A DNA stretch of 63,817 nucleotides, filler included, from Octopus bimaculoides (Eukaryota): assembly GCF_001194135.2 (NCBI RefSeq). It is 6 parts of 5 records of this genome, joined end to end, with 100 filler letters (N's around TTAATTAATTAA, not from the genome) between each part and the next. Parts side by side here need not be neighbours in the genome. Positions count along the whole stretch, not along the records: positions 1 to 27,376 come from NC_068984.1; positions 27,477 to 44,721 come from NC_068987.1; 4 more parts are not named here. The stretch is one strand, 5' to 3'. A model generated the notes under the pieces. It saw only the letters and a list, made by a program, of their open reading frames with translations. It did no database searches and was not told where the DNA came from. Positions 23,056 through 37,077 of the stretch are shown here, piece by piece. Made by a program: the position numbers and the translations under genes. Numbering within the stretch: position 1 is the first letter of the stretch; each line of letters opens with the position of its first letter.

Positions 23056-23590
23056 AGATATGTATGTGGTGTTAAGAAGTTCACATTGCAACCATATGTT
23101 TCTGGGTTACATCTCACAGCATAGTGCCTAAGGCAAGTTTCTTCTACTTTAGTCTTGGACTGACCAATGCCTTGTCAGTAAAAATTGGTAGACAGAAACT
23201 GTACAGAAAGCCTATTGTTTTCACATACAAGAAGGCCAATCTCTAAATGCTGAGCCTTACGAAGGAGATGACTGAAGACCCACCCCTCACAACAGAATTG
23301 ATGTCCTAAAACCAAAGTTCCATGTACAAAGCATTGACGTTGGAGCTGGTACCACGTAAAAAAAGCATTGATGTTTGTGCTGGTGTCATGTAAAAAGCAC
23401 TGGTGTCAGAGCCATGTAAAAAGCTCTGATGGTAGTGCCACATAAAAAGCACCGAGTACACTCTGTAAATAGTTTAGCATTAGGAAGGGCATCAAATTAT
23501 AGAAACCAAGCCAAAACAGAATGTGGAACCTGATGCAGTCCCTGTCAAGCTGTCCAACCCATGCCAGCATGTAAATGGATGTTAAATGAT
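23056..23590 (+). mobile_element. Cluster of SINE fragments (family A head, family C 3' half)
   Basis: Family A head at about 23056-23210. AAAAAGCACC...TAGGAAGGGCATC...GTTAAATGATGAT at about 23395-23590. Confidence 0.7.
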
Positions 23591-23602
23591 GATAATGCAT
23601 GT

Positions 23603-23633
<31 letters not shown>

Positions 23634-23660
23634 TATACAGACAGACAGACAGACACAAAG

Positions 23661-25055
23661 ACGTGGACAACAATTCTTACCCTTAGAACTGAGAACAGAA
23701 TAATTGTTTCTGATAGTATAGGCATTTCAAAGGGAATATTTCAGAGAAATAGTCTTTCTGTACATCTTTTTATTTTAGCACTGAATCCATTATCGTTCCT
23801 TCTGCAGAAAACAAATGGTTACATGCTAGGATCTTCAACTGCTAAAAATATCAGTGTAACTCATAATTTCTTTGTAGACGACTTGAAGATTTATGTTAAT
23901 AGTGTTAACTATGCAAAAAAAAAAAAACAACTGGAATTAATAACAACATTTTCAGCTGATAAAGGCATGGAATTTGACCAAAAGAAATGTTCATATTTAG
24001 TTATAGAACAAGGAAAGTCAGTCCCCCAAATCCAAAATCTGTGCATCAACGGTCTCTCTATCGCCCCCATTCCACACAAAGAATGTTACAAGTACCTAGG
24101 CATCAACAAAAATATATCATATGAAGCCACTGTGAATAAAGAGTGACCTGAGAATATTATACCAGACTTAGGAAAATATGGCAGTTGGAACTCTCCTTTA
24201 ACAACAAAACAATATCCCACAATGCATTTGCAGTACCAGTGCTGATCCCAGCATTTGGGATACTTGATTGGCCTGTAGAGAAAATCTGTAGAAAAAAAAA
24301 GACGACTATTCATGGGTATGTTACCTGGGAAGCTTGAAGAAGACAGACAAATTGACACGAAGTGCAGCTTCTCTTGGACACAAGATCACTACATCACATC
24401 ACACTTTGAGGGCTATGCATTTACAATCCAGGAACAGGAAATTGTCCCTAAGTACCTGGTGAACAAGAGAGACAGTGATGTTCTTGCAATTCCAAGGTAC
24501 AACTGCATGTGTAGGCTATGTCATGTTTCTGTGGAAGATACTATGCATGTGATTATCAGCTGTCCTAAAATGTCATCATGGAATTACCTCCCTATGCAGC
24601 ACAATATTGTTGCTAAAACAATTTACAATGCTATTCACAAAAAAGACTGTCCTGAAATAAACTTAGAAAATCCCTGTTATGGAATACATTCATAAACACT
24701 AACTCAAGGAATACTGGTGGAATATTCTCATCAAAACTTCTGTCAAATGTAAACATAACAGGCCAGATATTGTTGTTTGAGACAGAGGGGCAAAGGTATG
24801 TACCGTCACAGAGGTCAGATGCCCTGCAGATAAAAATGTCTCTTTGAAAATAAGATATCTATGGACAACTGCTTTGAAACCTCCAGTTTCTATATGCAGA
24901 TTATGAATTCATATTCATACCAATAATAATTGGAACACTAGGTTTTGTTAGTAAATGCTTAAAGGAGATTTTCAGAAAGAGAAATCAACCAGCTAATTCA
25001 TGTAGTCTGTGAGTGGAACAGTAAAAATATACAAGACTGTTATGTGAATTTGTCT
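23661..25055 (+). mobile_element. R4/Dong-like LINE: RT, CCHC zinc finger and RLE, internally deleted and inactivated
   Basis: KGIFQRNSLSVHLFILALNPLS, HNFFVDDLKIY, YKYLG, CRLCHVSVEDTMHVIISC, KHNRPDIVV. Confidence 0.92.
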
Positions 25056-25259
25056 GTGTTAACTACATGCCACAAAGATGGAGCCTTGTATCTTAGTTGC
25101 AAACCAGCTCTCTCCTCAGTGGAAGATTTATAATAATTAAAAAATAGAAGAAACACAGACACAAACACACACAGACAGACACAGTCACACACACACACAC
25201 GCACACAAACCATAGAAGGGATTGATCATGTCAAAAGCATGGCATGGAGTACCAACAAG

Positions 25260-25860
25260 TTTATGACATCCTACTTTGAAAGCTACCTCCATGCAATTCA
25301 AAAACAAGAGATCCCCATCATCTACAGCATAAAACTTTGACAGACAATAAATGAAGGCTGTGTAAGACCAAGACTGAAGATATCAACCATATTATTACCA
25401 ACTGCAAGATAATATCTTGCAGATATCTCTTTCCATGATGCAGCAGCCAGAACAGTCTGGAACAAGATAACAAGGAAAAAAAACACCTACTGAAGAAGGT
25501 GACTATGTTGAAACCAATGAGTGAAAAGAATACTGGTGGAACCTATAAATTAAAACAGTTTCCAAGGTAAAACACAATCAGCCAAATATAGATCTGTGGG
25601 ATCATAAGGAAAAGATATGTTCTGTTGTGGAAATCAGCTGTCTCTGGACACCAATGTGGTTAGAAAAACATAAGAGAAAGAGGACATCTATTGATAAGGA
25701 GTTTGCAAATCCAATACCCAAGATACACTTTCAACTTCATTTCTGTTATTATTGGAGCAACAAGGCACATAAAATCTCACCTAGAGCAAAGTATGGCTGA
25801 ATTTGGATTTTGAGAAGAGAACACAAATCCCTAATCTATATGCTACAAATTTTCACAATT
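25260..25860 (+). mobile_element. Second, more decayed RLE-LINE C-terminal fragment
   Basis: ...EYWWNL*IKTVSKVKHNQPNIDLWDHKEKICSVVEISC..., homologous to the RLE region at 1672-1893. Confidence 0.75.
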
Positions 25861-25987
25861 TGTTTTAATTTATAGGTTCCACCAGTATTCTTTTCACTCA
25901 TTGGTTTCAACATAGTCACCTTCTTCAGTAGGTGTTTTTTTTCCTTGTTATCTTGTTCCAGACTGTTCTGGCTGCTGCATCATGGAA
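25431..25987. repeat. Perfect 127-bp inverted duplication (25431-25557 and 25861-25987)
   Basis: Base-by-base comparison shows no mismatch, including the 8-A/8-T run. The loop is 303 nt. Confidence 0.93.
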
Positions 25988-27476
25988 CTATAAAATTCTG
26001 TAAGGCCTTCTTAAGATTTAAAAGATGATGGTTAAAACAAGATGCTCTCTTTCACAACCTTGCTATCAAGTAGGTGGCTGGTCAAAATTTATTCTAAATT
26101 AAAAAGACAAAGAGAACAGGCATACATAAATATTTACATGTATATACATGTAAATATCTACGTATGCACACACACACACACTTAAAATATATATGAAATG
26201 CACATAATTTTGCATATATCATTTCTCATTAGGAAATAAGTTAATGTGAAAGACTTTAAATAAATCTTTGACACTAAATTAAATGCTACATTCATATACT
26301 TAGTGTTGCTTGTTAGCATATAGTTTGCTTTTATATTTAGAGTCATGCTTGTTACTTATTTTTTCGTGTGTGTTGGAAGGAATTCTGAACAAGGTGGTAA
26401 GTAACCATTAATAAAACAGGTTTCAAGAAATGACTTGGGATTTATCAAAGAAAAAATGCAAAAATAAGTCTGAGAAGATATTTGAGATAACACAAAATTA
26501 AAAAACAATTAAGATATCTATCAGGGAAACATGAAAAAAGAAAGTTCCAAAACACAAATGTTCAAAGAAATTAGTAGAGTAGAAAATCTTACAACATGGG
26601 ACAACAACTGTGAAAGGATAAGGAATTGTAGAAAGAGAAATCAATTAATAATTTAAGAAGAAAATCAGAAGAAAATTTGGCAGAACAACAACCATAGAAG
26701 TATTTGTAGAATTAAGATAAAGAAGTAATATTTTGGCAATGAGAGGAGGGTTAAGATTTAGCAGTCAAAACAAAACAAACAGTTAGTAACTTGCTTTTAT
26801 GCTTAATGAAAGAGAGCAAGAATGCCAGTTGAAGTGCCAACCCAGATATGATAAGTGAATTCCATGCAACACAAATAAAAAAAACATATAAAGATGAAGG
26901 ACACGTTCAAAGGAAAGATAATGAACTTGAGATAGAGAACTAACTTTCATAGCAGTTGATCTAGGAGTAAAGACAAACTTATGCATATATATATATATGC
27001 ATATATATATACATACATATATATATATAAGAATTTAAGGATTGGAGAAAACGCATGTTATAATTGCATACTTTATTCCTACATATGTTTCAAAGGATTA
27101 CACCCTGTGTGATCCATAGGGATCTTTGATATTAAAATTGTAACCTTCTCATCAGGGAAAGCATGGGAATCATCTTAAACGTAAGACATTATGACCGATT
27201 ATGAAAACAATAGATGGATAAGGTTATGACTTGATTCATTTGAAAAAAACCGTTACAGAATTGGACGCTGCCGGATAGTGGGTTGGACAACACATACCAA
27301 TAAATGTGTGAGAGCGTACATGCATACATAAATACACATACACAAACACACACATATACATGCATACTGATACATANNNNNNNNNNNNNNNNNNNNNNNN
27401 NNNNNNNNNNNNNNNNNNNNTTAATTAATTAANNNNNNNNNNNNNNNNNNNNNNNNNNNNNNNNNNNNNNNNNNNN

Positions 27477-27715
27477 TATATACATATATATATATAAATG
27501 TATATATATACATATATATATATAAATGTATATATATACATATATATATATAAATGTATATATATACATATATATATATAAATGTATATATATACATATA
27601 TATATATAATACATATATATATATATATATATATACATACATATATATATAATACATAAAAATATATGCATATATATATAATACATAAAAATATATGCAT
27701 ATATATATATATAAA
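27477..27715. repeat. TA-rich micro/minisatellite (about 26-bp TATATATACATATATATATATAAATG units)
   Basis: Direct inspection. It abuts an assembly gap. Confidence 0.85.
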
Positions 27716-28177
27716 TTACATACAGATATATGTATGTAGTTTGGCAGGTAGGTACATGTATATACTTATGCATACCCAGTAGATACAAATTGTGCACCTG
27801 TTTATATGTGGAGGAAGAGTTTAATGTATTCCTGAACTATTTAAACTTTTTGTCACTTTGTAATGTTTGTGAAACAAAAAAAAACCTATATTGTTCATTT
27901 GTATAATTGTTTTCTGTACCGTTTTATACATACACATCTATATATGTATATGTTTGTGTGTGTGTGTTTGTGTGCGTACTTGATATGTATGTAAGAATAT
28001 TAGACATATTACATGAATGTGAATAAAAATTTATATATGTCCGTTGATACTTTATCCATGTATGTTTAAGTGCTAACAAATATTTATATATGCACAAATC
28101 AAGACATGTTTATACACATACATATTATGCATGTATACATGTATAGACACTTCAAAATACACCTGTAATTACACACA

Positions 28178-28238
<61 letters not shown>

Positions 28239-28324
28239 TGTTTTCATTTAATATACAAATGCATTATATATGCACATAACTGTGTATACATATTTTCTTA
28301 TATGTATACATTTCTTCATTTTTC

Positions 28325-28355
<31 letters not shown>

Positions 28356-28977
28356 CATACATCAATATTTTCTCTCATATATTCTCTCATTATATATATA
28401 TAATGTGTATATATAGATAGGTAGAGGGAGATAGATATAAATATATATATATATGTAATGTCCATACATGAATATATATGTTTGTACTTTTATGTTAGTA
28501 GATATATATTGAATATATAATTTTGCTATGTAGGTGTATCGAAATTTGTTTATGGATATAATATTGTCATGCTTATAGAGAAAAAATAAATAAAATTCAT
28601 GCCCTCAAGCTATGCTACGAGATCCTTGCCTGAGGTTTCATGTAATAGGACTAACTCATAAAGCACGTGGCGGCAGACAAAACTTCTTAAGCACACAGAT
28701 ACATCTGTGACTATTTTACTAATGTGTGTGCGTGCATACATACACACACATATATATATATTTCTAAATCTGTGCGTATTTATATATATATGTGTGTGTG
28801 TACATATGCATGATATATATATATATTTAGTTACATTCTCATGCATGTGTATATAAATATTGTTATGCATTCATATAAAAATATATGTATATCGAATTGA
28901 TATTTGATTTTATGTCAACTCATAAGAACCTTTGAACATTAAACTCTTTTGTAGATTACATATTTATTAGACTTTTA

Positions 28978-29087
28978 CAAGAAGTGGGCTGACAGTGACT
29001 TCGAAGTATCAGCCTGCTGGCGATCTTTGAACAGTACAACGAACTTTAGCTGGCTGAAATTACTTAATCACTGCCACCCTCTTCTTG
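28978..29087. mobile_element. 110-bp hairpin element, probable TA-flanked MITE
   Basis: TTT[TA]CAAGAAG...CTTCTTG[TA]AAA termini, with complementarity extending inward (CAGTGA/TCACTG, AAGTA/TACTT, TCAGCC/GGCTGA). Confidence 0.6.
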
Positions 29088-29271
29088 TAAAAATATAAAA
29101 TATATATATGAAGTAGAGAAATTTGAAAAGACAAGACGAAACCGGTTATTTCTCCAAATACAATGTTTATATACCAAAAAAATTTTATAACATTTTTCTG
29201 ACATAATTTAAATATATACTTTAACCATGTAACACAAGCCTTCTGTAGTTTTTTCACTCTTATTATCTTTT

Positions 29272-29303
<32 letters not shown>

Positions 29304-29404
29304 GCTTGTATGTATGTAGGTATGTGTATCTATGTGTGTGCATGTCTTTGTATATGTATATATATATGTATATATATGTCTTTGTATATATATGTATATG
29401 TATA

Positions 29405-29775
29405 TATATGGTTCCGGATTGAGTCCCACTGCGTTGCACCTTGGGCAAGTGTCTTCTACTATAGCCTCAGACCGACCAAAGCCCTGAGTGGATTTGGTTG
29501 AATGAAACTGAAAGAAGCCCGCCATATATATGTGTGTGTGTGTGTGTGTGTATGTATGTGTTTCTGTTCGTTCCCCCCGCCCCCCAACATCACTTGACAA
29601 CCAATGCTGGTGTGTTTACATCCCCGTAACTTAGCAGTTTGGCAAAAGACACCGATAGAATAAGTACTAGGCTTACAAAGAATAAGTCCTGGGGTCGATT
29701 TCTTCAACTTAAAGGTGGTGCTCGACTAAAGGCGGTGCTCCACCATGGCCGCAGTCAAAATGACTGAAACAGATT
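29405..29775 (+). mobile_element. Family A SINE with central (TG)n and 3' tail
   Basis: GGTTCCGGATTGAGTCCCACTGCG...CCTTGGGCAAGTG...GAATAAGTCCTGGGGTCGATT...GCAGTCAAAATGACTGAAAC. Confidence 0.85.
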
Positions 29776-30770
29776 AAAGTATATGCATGCGTGTGTGTGT
29801 GTGTGTATGTATGTTATATTGTGTGATGGTCTTTTTATCAAGGAAATCATGCATGACTCCTTTTCATTGTTATTAATTGATTAGTTAAAGACATAACCAA
29901 TTAAGCCTTGGATACTGTCACTAACCATTTGATTGCTCAAGCAAAGCCTGTAAGGAGAGAAGTTTATGTATAAATATAGGTAGGTTTTTAAAGCGTGTGT
30001 GGTTTGTATGTGTTGAGACTCATATTCATACATATTCATAGATATACATTTACATAATTGAATATCAATGTGTTTATTTAACCACTTGATATAGTTAAAT
30101 AAATATATTATTCACTTCTCATGCCTCTTGAATTTTTACTGATTAAGTAATTTTGTAGATTTGATTTCCTGGATTTCGGCTGCATAGAGCTTTGCATTAT
30201 GCGCCTCTGATTTGGATTACTTTGTGATTTGCTAGCCGGGTCCAGCAGAGGAGCTTACTGTGATAACCATAGGATTCTATGAATCCGTATATTACTCACA
30301 CATATGTTTGTGTGTGTGTGTGTATTTGGATCTCCTTGTCTCAGCATCACATGACATGTAAAATAATTGTCACTGTCATATATTTGGTGTCATTCATTTC
30401 TAATATCCCCTGCATGAACATACATAGAGTAAGTACTAGGCTTACAAAGAATAAGTCCTGGGGTCGATTTGCTCGACTAAAGGTGGTGCTCCAGCATGGC
30501 CATAGTCAAATGACTGAAACAAGTAAAAGAGTAAAGAGTAACTGATTGTGTATTTATGTGTGTATTTATGTGTGTGTGTGTGTGTGAAGACATCTAAGTC
30601 TATGTATATGTAATCTGGAAGCATGTCTGCTGAAGCCAAATGTCTGATTTAATCGACAGTAGGGGTTAACGGCGTAAATATATATGATATCGGAGATATT
30701 TATACTATATGTTGAATACGATAACCAGTAACCCAATTATGGAAAATACTAGAAAGGTCATATTTTTATG

Positions 30771-30842
30771 TAAAATGTAAATATTTTCTAAAATTATTGA
30801 AAGTTATAAAATGTAAATATTTTCTAAAATTATTGAAAGTTA
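30771..30842. repeat. Perfect 36-bp tandem duplication
   Basis: TAAAATGTAAATATTTTCTAAAATTATTGAAAGTTA occurs twice in tandem. Confidence 0.9.
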
Positions 30843-31157
30843 CAGTGGAGACAGAAATTTTGAAAAAGACAGTTCTGTAAATCATTAAATTCCTTCACCT
30901 ATGGTTGATGACACACTAACTCAATATGCTAGAGGTTTTCCATGCTTGCATGGGATAGACAGCATTTCCCATGGCTGGATGTTCTTCCAGTTGCTAACGC
31001 TTACCTGTTTCCAAGTAAGGTCATTTTTCTCCATGCCTGGACATGTTTTCTTAAAAAATTGGTAACAAAGGACACTGCTTGTATGTTGGTGACACTCGTT
31101 TACAATAAGTGCAAGATGTCAAGACAAACACCAACTCTCTCTCTCACACACACACAC

Positions 31158-31210
<53 letters not shown>

Positions 31211-31239
31211 CACGCACACACACACGCACACGATAGGCC

Positions 31240-31647
31240 TCTTTTAGTTTCTGACTACCAAATCCACTTATAAGGTTTTGGTTAGAAGGGGACTAGGAGT
31301 AGAAGACACTTGCCCAAGGTGCCACACAATAGGATTGAACCCGTAACCAAGTAGGTTGGGAAGCAGGCTTCTTGACCACAGGACCATTCTGTGCCTTTAA
31401 AGGGTAGAGATGATAAATTGTCATTAGGAATCAATATAAGATGGTGAGCAGGCAGAATCGTTAACATGTCGGGCAAAATGCTTATGGCATCTTGTTCACC
31501 TTTATGTTCCGAGTTCTAATTCCACCGAGGTTGACTTTGCCTTTCATCCTTCCAGGGTCAATAAAATAAGTACTAGTTGAGTACTAAGGTCGATGGAATC
31601 GACTCCTCCTCTACCCCAAAATTGCTGCCCTTGAGGCAAAATTTGAA

Positions 31648-31718
<71 letters not shown>

Positions 31719-31950
31719 CATTGTCATTAAGGCAGCAAGCTGGCAGAATCGTTAGCACGCCGGGCAAATTGTTTAGGGGTATTTCGCCTGTTGCTACCTT
31801 CTGAGTTCAAATTTCGACGAGGTTGGCTTTGCTTTTAATCCTTTCGGGTTCGTTAAATTAAGTACCAGTTGAACACTGGGGTTGATGTAATCAACTAGCC
31901 CCCTCCCCTCCAAATTTCGGACCTTGTGCCTATAGCAGAAAGAATTATGA
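31240..31950. mobile_element. SINE cluster: family A (-) at 31240-31385, two family B (+) at about 31442-31650 and 31732-31950, separated by (ATT)n
   Basis: GGCAGAATCGTTA(A/G)CA heads and GCCTTTCATCCTT...GATAAAATAAGTAC core. ATT repeat at 31648-31718. Confidence 0.8.
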
Positions 31951-32420
31951 ATCAGTATAGCTATGATATTTCACTGTTCATTATCCTCCTGCAGAAATCC
32001 GAGGTGATTAAAGGGGGACTGGGTCAATAACAGGTGGATCAAGATCAACAATAGCCCTTAACAGCTGCTGCATCATTTGGGACAAAATGGCCTTGAAGGT
32101 TTAGTGAAGTTTCAGTTGTTTACTTCGTTAATACCAATTTTTGATGAGTGGCATTAAACTTTTGACTGAGGACTGGCGAACCAGATGGCTGCACCAGGCT
32201 CCAATCTGATCTGGCAGAGTTTCTACAGATTGATGCCGTTCCTAACGCCAACCACTCAGAGAGTGTAGTGGGTGCTTTTATGTGCCACCGGCACGAGGGC
32301 CAGGCAGGCGGTACTGGCATTGATCACATTCAGATGGTGCTTTTTATGATGTGCCACCTGCACAGGAGCCAGTCCAGCAGCATTGGCAACGACCCTGCTC
32401 AAATGTTTGTTTTGAATTAA

Positions 32421-32760
32421 CCCTTTAATTACCAACCTGGCTGAAACCGGCTCTGGCTCTGAGCAAAAATGTCTTGTTTTCATAAGATTTGGATTAAAAT
32501 CTTCCACCAAACCTTAGTTGTAATTTAAGTTCCTAACACTAGTTTAATGATAACTAAGTTATTTAACTAAATTCTTTGTCATATGTAAAATTAATTGAAA
32601 GAAACACAGAACATCTCAACAGAAATACAGTAACAAAAGGGTGAAATTTCCACGATATGATTGTTCACTTTCACAATGACATTGTAGGGTAGGTGTGAGA
32701 GGCTGGATCTGGTCAGTTTGAATATAAAACAGAATATTTTGGTCTGATATGGCTAAAGGG
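32421..32760. mobile_element. piggyBac-like MITE, 340 bp, inserted next to a family C SINE relic (about 32150-32410)
   Basis: TTAA|CCCTTT...AAAGGG|TTAA, i.e. a TTAA TSD on both sides and CCC-initiated TIRs. Confidence 0.85.
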
Positions 32761-33079
32761 TTAAGGCTCTTGGATATTGTTAATATCGCAACACCTCAGC
32801 TTCAATTACCATATCTATGTACATATCAACGTTATCTTGGGAACCTTGTATAACGAAGGGTTTCTATTTCTTAAGTTGTGACCCATAACTTTCATCTTCT
32901 TCACTGCCTCCATCATCAATGAGAACTTCACCCACTTTTTCTTCGTCTGTTGACCCCTTTGTGTTTTCTGTGTGGCACATTTACTAAACAGGACAGATTT
33001 CCCTGGCATCTATGGACCCTGGTTGAGAACCAATGTCATAGACTCTTGGAAGCTATATTTATATATCTGTTCAGGCACA

Positions 33080-33740
33080 GGCATGATTCATCATCATGAT
33101 CATCATTATTATTTAACATCCACTTTCCAAGCTGGCATGGGTTGGACGGTTTGACCAGAGCTGGTAAGCTGAGGAGCTGCTCTATACTCTGATCTGATTT
33201 GGCCCGATTTCTACAGCTGGATGCCCTTTGACTATGATTTCACTTGATTTGATGGGTCTTCTACTCAAGCATGGCATATTGCCAAAGGTTTTGGTCATTG
33301 GTCATTGCCTTCATGAGACAATGACAAATGTGTGGTTAAACTGCTTGCGTCCTAACTATAGTCTTGAGTTTAGTCCCACTATGTGGCACCTTTGGCAAGA
33401 GTTTTCTACTTTAGTCCCGGACCAATCAAAGCTTTAGGAAACTGCAAGAAGCCTGTTGTGTGTATGTGTTTGTGTGTGCTCTTCTCTTGACATCATGTAA
33501 TGGTTGTAAACGAGCATCGTCATCATAAAGGCGGATTTGTTTGCTTCTAGCCTTCCATGAAAATCCTCTCCGTCCACAAGGAAATACTACTTTGCTTGGA
33601 AGCAGGTGAGGGTTGGTGACAGGAAGGACATCTGGGCTGTAGAAAATCTGCCTCAAAAGATTCGATTTGACCAAAGTGCCACACAGTGAGAACGGACCCC
33701 AAACCATGTGGTTGGGAAGCAACACAGTCATGCCTGCACA
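33080..33740. mobile_element. Cluster of family A and C SINE fragments
   Basis: CATCATTATTATTTAACATCCACTTTCC...CTGGATGCCC; TGTGGTTAAACTGCTTGC...; CAGGTGAGGGTTGGTGACAGGAAGG. Confidence 0.7.
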
Positions 33741-35559
33741 AATATATATAAATGTGTGTGTGTGTAATACATATATATATATATATAATATAGGATAAAT
33801 TCTTTATAAGAATTTATCAAGTAGTCAACGTGAAAAAACCTCATAATGAAAAAATAACGAAAAATTTCGTAATGAAAAAATTCATTGTTTCTTCATAGAT
33901 ATATTTAATAATATATAAGGGCATTAACTGTGCATCAATGCCTCACGCTATCGAGGGACTAAATAAGTAAAAAAACTACCAAAAATAAGTAACATATTTA
34001 CCGAAAGCGAGGGAATGCAGCTTTTCAAAATTTATCTCTTAAAAACATTGAACTCATAATCATTGTTTTATACAGCTTTTCCATATGTGCATGGGTTGGA
34101 CAATTCATTGCTGTATTCCTAGATATACTAGAGGACATGTCACTTGTAAGTTGCATTTTAGCTTGGTTTCTAATGCCGGATGCCATTCTTAACACCAATC
34201 ACACACACACATTGTGAACCCACGTTAAACTGTACCCCCCCCCCACCTTTAAACTAGAAATCAGATAAACCAGATGAAATTCGAATTAACAAGTGACTGG
34301 CTGTGTTGACTTCTATCACCATCCTCTGTATGTATCAGTGTTGTAGATGTCTATAGTCTCGGTATGCTTGTTGTGTGCTGCACATCCAAAGATTGTAAAT
34401 TCGTTATAAATATTAAGCTCACTCAATAATATAATTGCAGATCATTGTGGGAAAACTAATTTTTCTTGTTCCTTGTAGTGAGATGTTGAAGTGGTTATAG
34501 TACTGCACACAGCTAGTTGTATTCGTAGTGAGCAGGAAAGTAACAAAAATAAGAATCAAAGATAAGCAACATTTCACCAGTTAATTATTATTCACTTTTT
34601 CACTCCTTTCTAAGAATTACATTCATCATTCTAGCACCCAGCTGCACTCTTCTCTGACTAATTAGTCTCCTCATTCATCGCCTCCTTACCCTGTTCCTTT
34701 CTATCTATATTTAACCTGTTATTCATGTAAAACTTAGTGTTTATTAGAGGGGATTGTGAATGTAAATAACTGTTTTTGTGATGAGGAGTTGTTTGTATGA
34801 ATTTATTGAAACTTACATCAACTGAAACTAATTATCTTCATAATAATTCTGTTCTTGCAATATCATGTTATAATCTAGCTATAATTTGTTTCTCGAGTCT
34901 AATAATACACACTCAGAAACAAAGATTAAATCAACTCAAAGTAGCCTAAAGTTTGTTTGCTTAATTCTGTGCAATACTTATAGCAGATTAGAAGGTTCTA
35001 TGTGATAGTGGTTATTGCGATACTACACTATGTGCAATACAACACAATTTATGTTGCCTTGCCAACCTTCGTTTATATTTCAGTGATTAGGTATCTTCTG
35101 CTTCGTATTTTCCATTTTGGCTTCAAGGGAGAATAATAATCAATGCAGGGGGGGGGGGGGTCAAACACGTGGCCCCTTCTGTGAAGTAGAAAATAGAACT
35201 GGAACTTCTAAAGAAGTCAGAAGATTGCTTCAGCGTTGAGGCTTTTTGAAGGGTTATGCAGTCGAAAAGCAAACGGCTTTGGACATATGCAAAGATTATG
35301 AAAGAGTCACTGAATTTTCTTTGATACAATGTTGAAATCCTCATCTGTTGGTGCCAAAAGATGTAAAACATTAGGAGACAGTGTTGAAGTTGTTTGCTCA
35401 TCAACAACCCTGTTGATAACATTGTAGGATAGAAATTCATAGTAGTAGTAGCGGTAGTGGTTGTATTGGTAGTTGTGGCAGTAGTAGTAGTAGTAGTTTT
35501 TGTATGGGGACGTGTGCTGTGACAGTGTGTTGTTGCACCCATCATTTATTGGTGATTTT

Positions 35560-36790
35560 CTGCTCCTGGCTGATGGACACCTTTGCACCACTCAGGTGAC
35601 ACCCTTCCAACCCATGGGTCTGTTTGAGTAGTCGTTATTGGCTAGGGTTTTACGAGGTTAGGGTGCAAATCCTACCTCAACTCCTTTTCGTTGTCTTTTT
35701 ATGACATGCAGAGGAAACACTGGATCTGTGCTTTGACATGTCAGATCCTACACAATACTTGAACAATGTCAAATGAAGTGTTTTGCTCAAGGACACAACA
35801 CACTGCCCGGTCTGGGAATTGAACCCACGATCTGGCACTCATGAGTGCAACACCCTGACCACCAAGCTACGTGCCTTCATGATCCAGTACTGTTACCAAA
35901 CTAGTTTATTGTATGGACATGGAAAATTTCAAAAAGTAGTTCCTGATGGTTATGGAGATTTAGAAATTACCATGCCAGTGGCACATAAAAACACCCCAGT
36001 GTCATGCAAATGGCACCCATGCCGGTGGCACGTAAAAACACCCATTACACTCTCAGAGTGGTTGGCATTAGGAAGGGCATCCAGCCATAGAAAACCATGC
36101 CAAATCAAACTGGAGTTTGGTGCAGCCTTCCAGCATGCTGGCCCAGTCAAACCGTCCAACCCATGCCTGCATGGACAACAGACGTTAAATGATGATGATA
36201 TGACAAATAGAATTAGCCATGCTGGAGCAGGCAGCAAACCTCGAAGAGTGCAAACCTTTGAAAGAGAGGTTAAATAACTAAAATATAAAGAGATTCAAAT
36301 TTCCTAATTACATAATGAGAATGAAATTGTATTAACTGTCATTATCTCAGAATGCCCAGACCTTCATATTTAATTATGAATTATGGAATGTTTTTTTTTG
36401 GTATTGTGGTTACGGTACAGGTGTGGCTATGTGGTGAACAAACTTCCTTTCTTAGGTTTAGTCCCTCTGTGCAGAACCTTGGGCAAGCGAGTTCTACTAT
36501 AGCCCAGGACTGACCAAAACCTTGTGAGTGGATTTAGTAGATGGAAACTGTCGTGTGTGTGTGTGTGTGTTTGTGCCCCTGTCTTGATGTCTTGTGAAAG
36601 TCGCAAGTGTCATTGTCATGCAGGTTGTATCCTTCCTTTCCAATCTTCCATGAAAACATGTCTGGCCATGGAGGCAATATTACTTGGCTTGGGAACAGGT
36701 GAGGGTTGGCAGCAGGAAGGGCGTCCAGCTTCACCAAATTCTGTCCAATCCATGCAAAACAGGGAAAGCTGTTTGTATCCATACATAGTT
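35560..36790. mobile_element. SINE cluster (minus-strand tRNA-head SINE at about 35560-35880, similar to 57410-57750; family C at 35960-36200; family A at 36420-36790)
   Basis: GAAGTGTTTTGCTCAAG..CACAAC...GGAATTGAACC...GCTAC is shared with 57640-57745. TTAGGAAGGGCATCCAGC core. Confidence 0.72.
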
Positions 36791-37077
36791 TGTCATAGAT
36801 ACATTTTATATCATCTTCATTGAGTTATAATGCTTGTGTCTGGTTTTATGCTGTTTGATTTGAATCTTATTCCTTCCTTCAATCTATATTTCCCTTGTTG
36901 GTGAAGGCATGTAGGTTGGTGTAGGCATGAAGGCTCATGATCATAAGATTCTGAGTTCAATTCCCGGCGACTTATTGTGTCCTATATTTCATGTTACTCC
37001 AGTTCACTCACCTGGCAAAAATGAGTCGTACCTGTATCTCCAAGGGCCAGCATTGTCACATTCTGTGCCATGCTGAG

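Noticed and set aside
27421-27432. TTAATTAATTAA islands between N runs (also 44766-44777, 50019-50030, 59980-59991, 62460-62471)
   Set aside because: An identical 12-mer with stops in all six frames, always flanked by Ns. It is an assembly gap linker, not biology.
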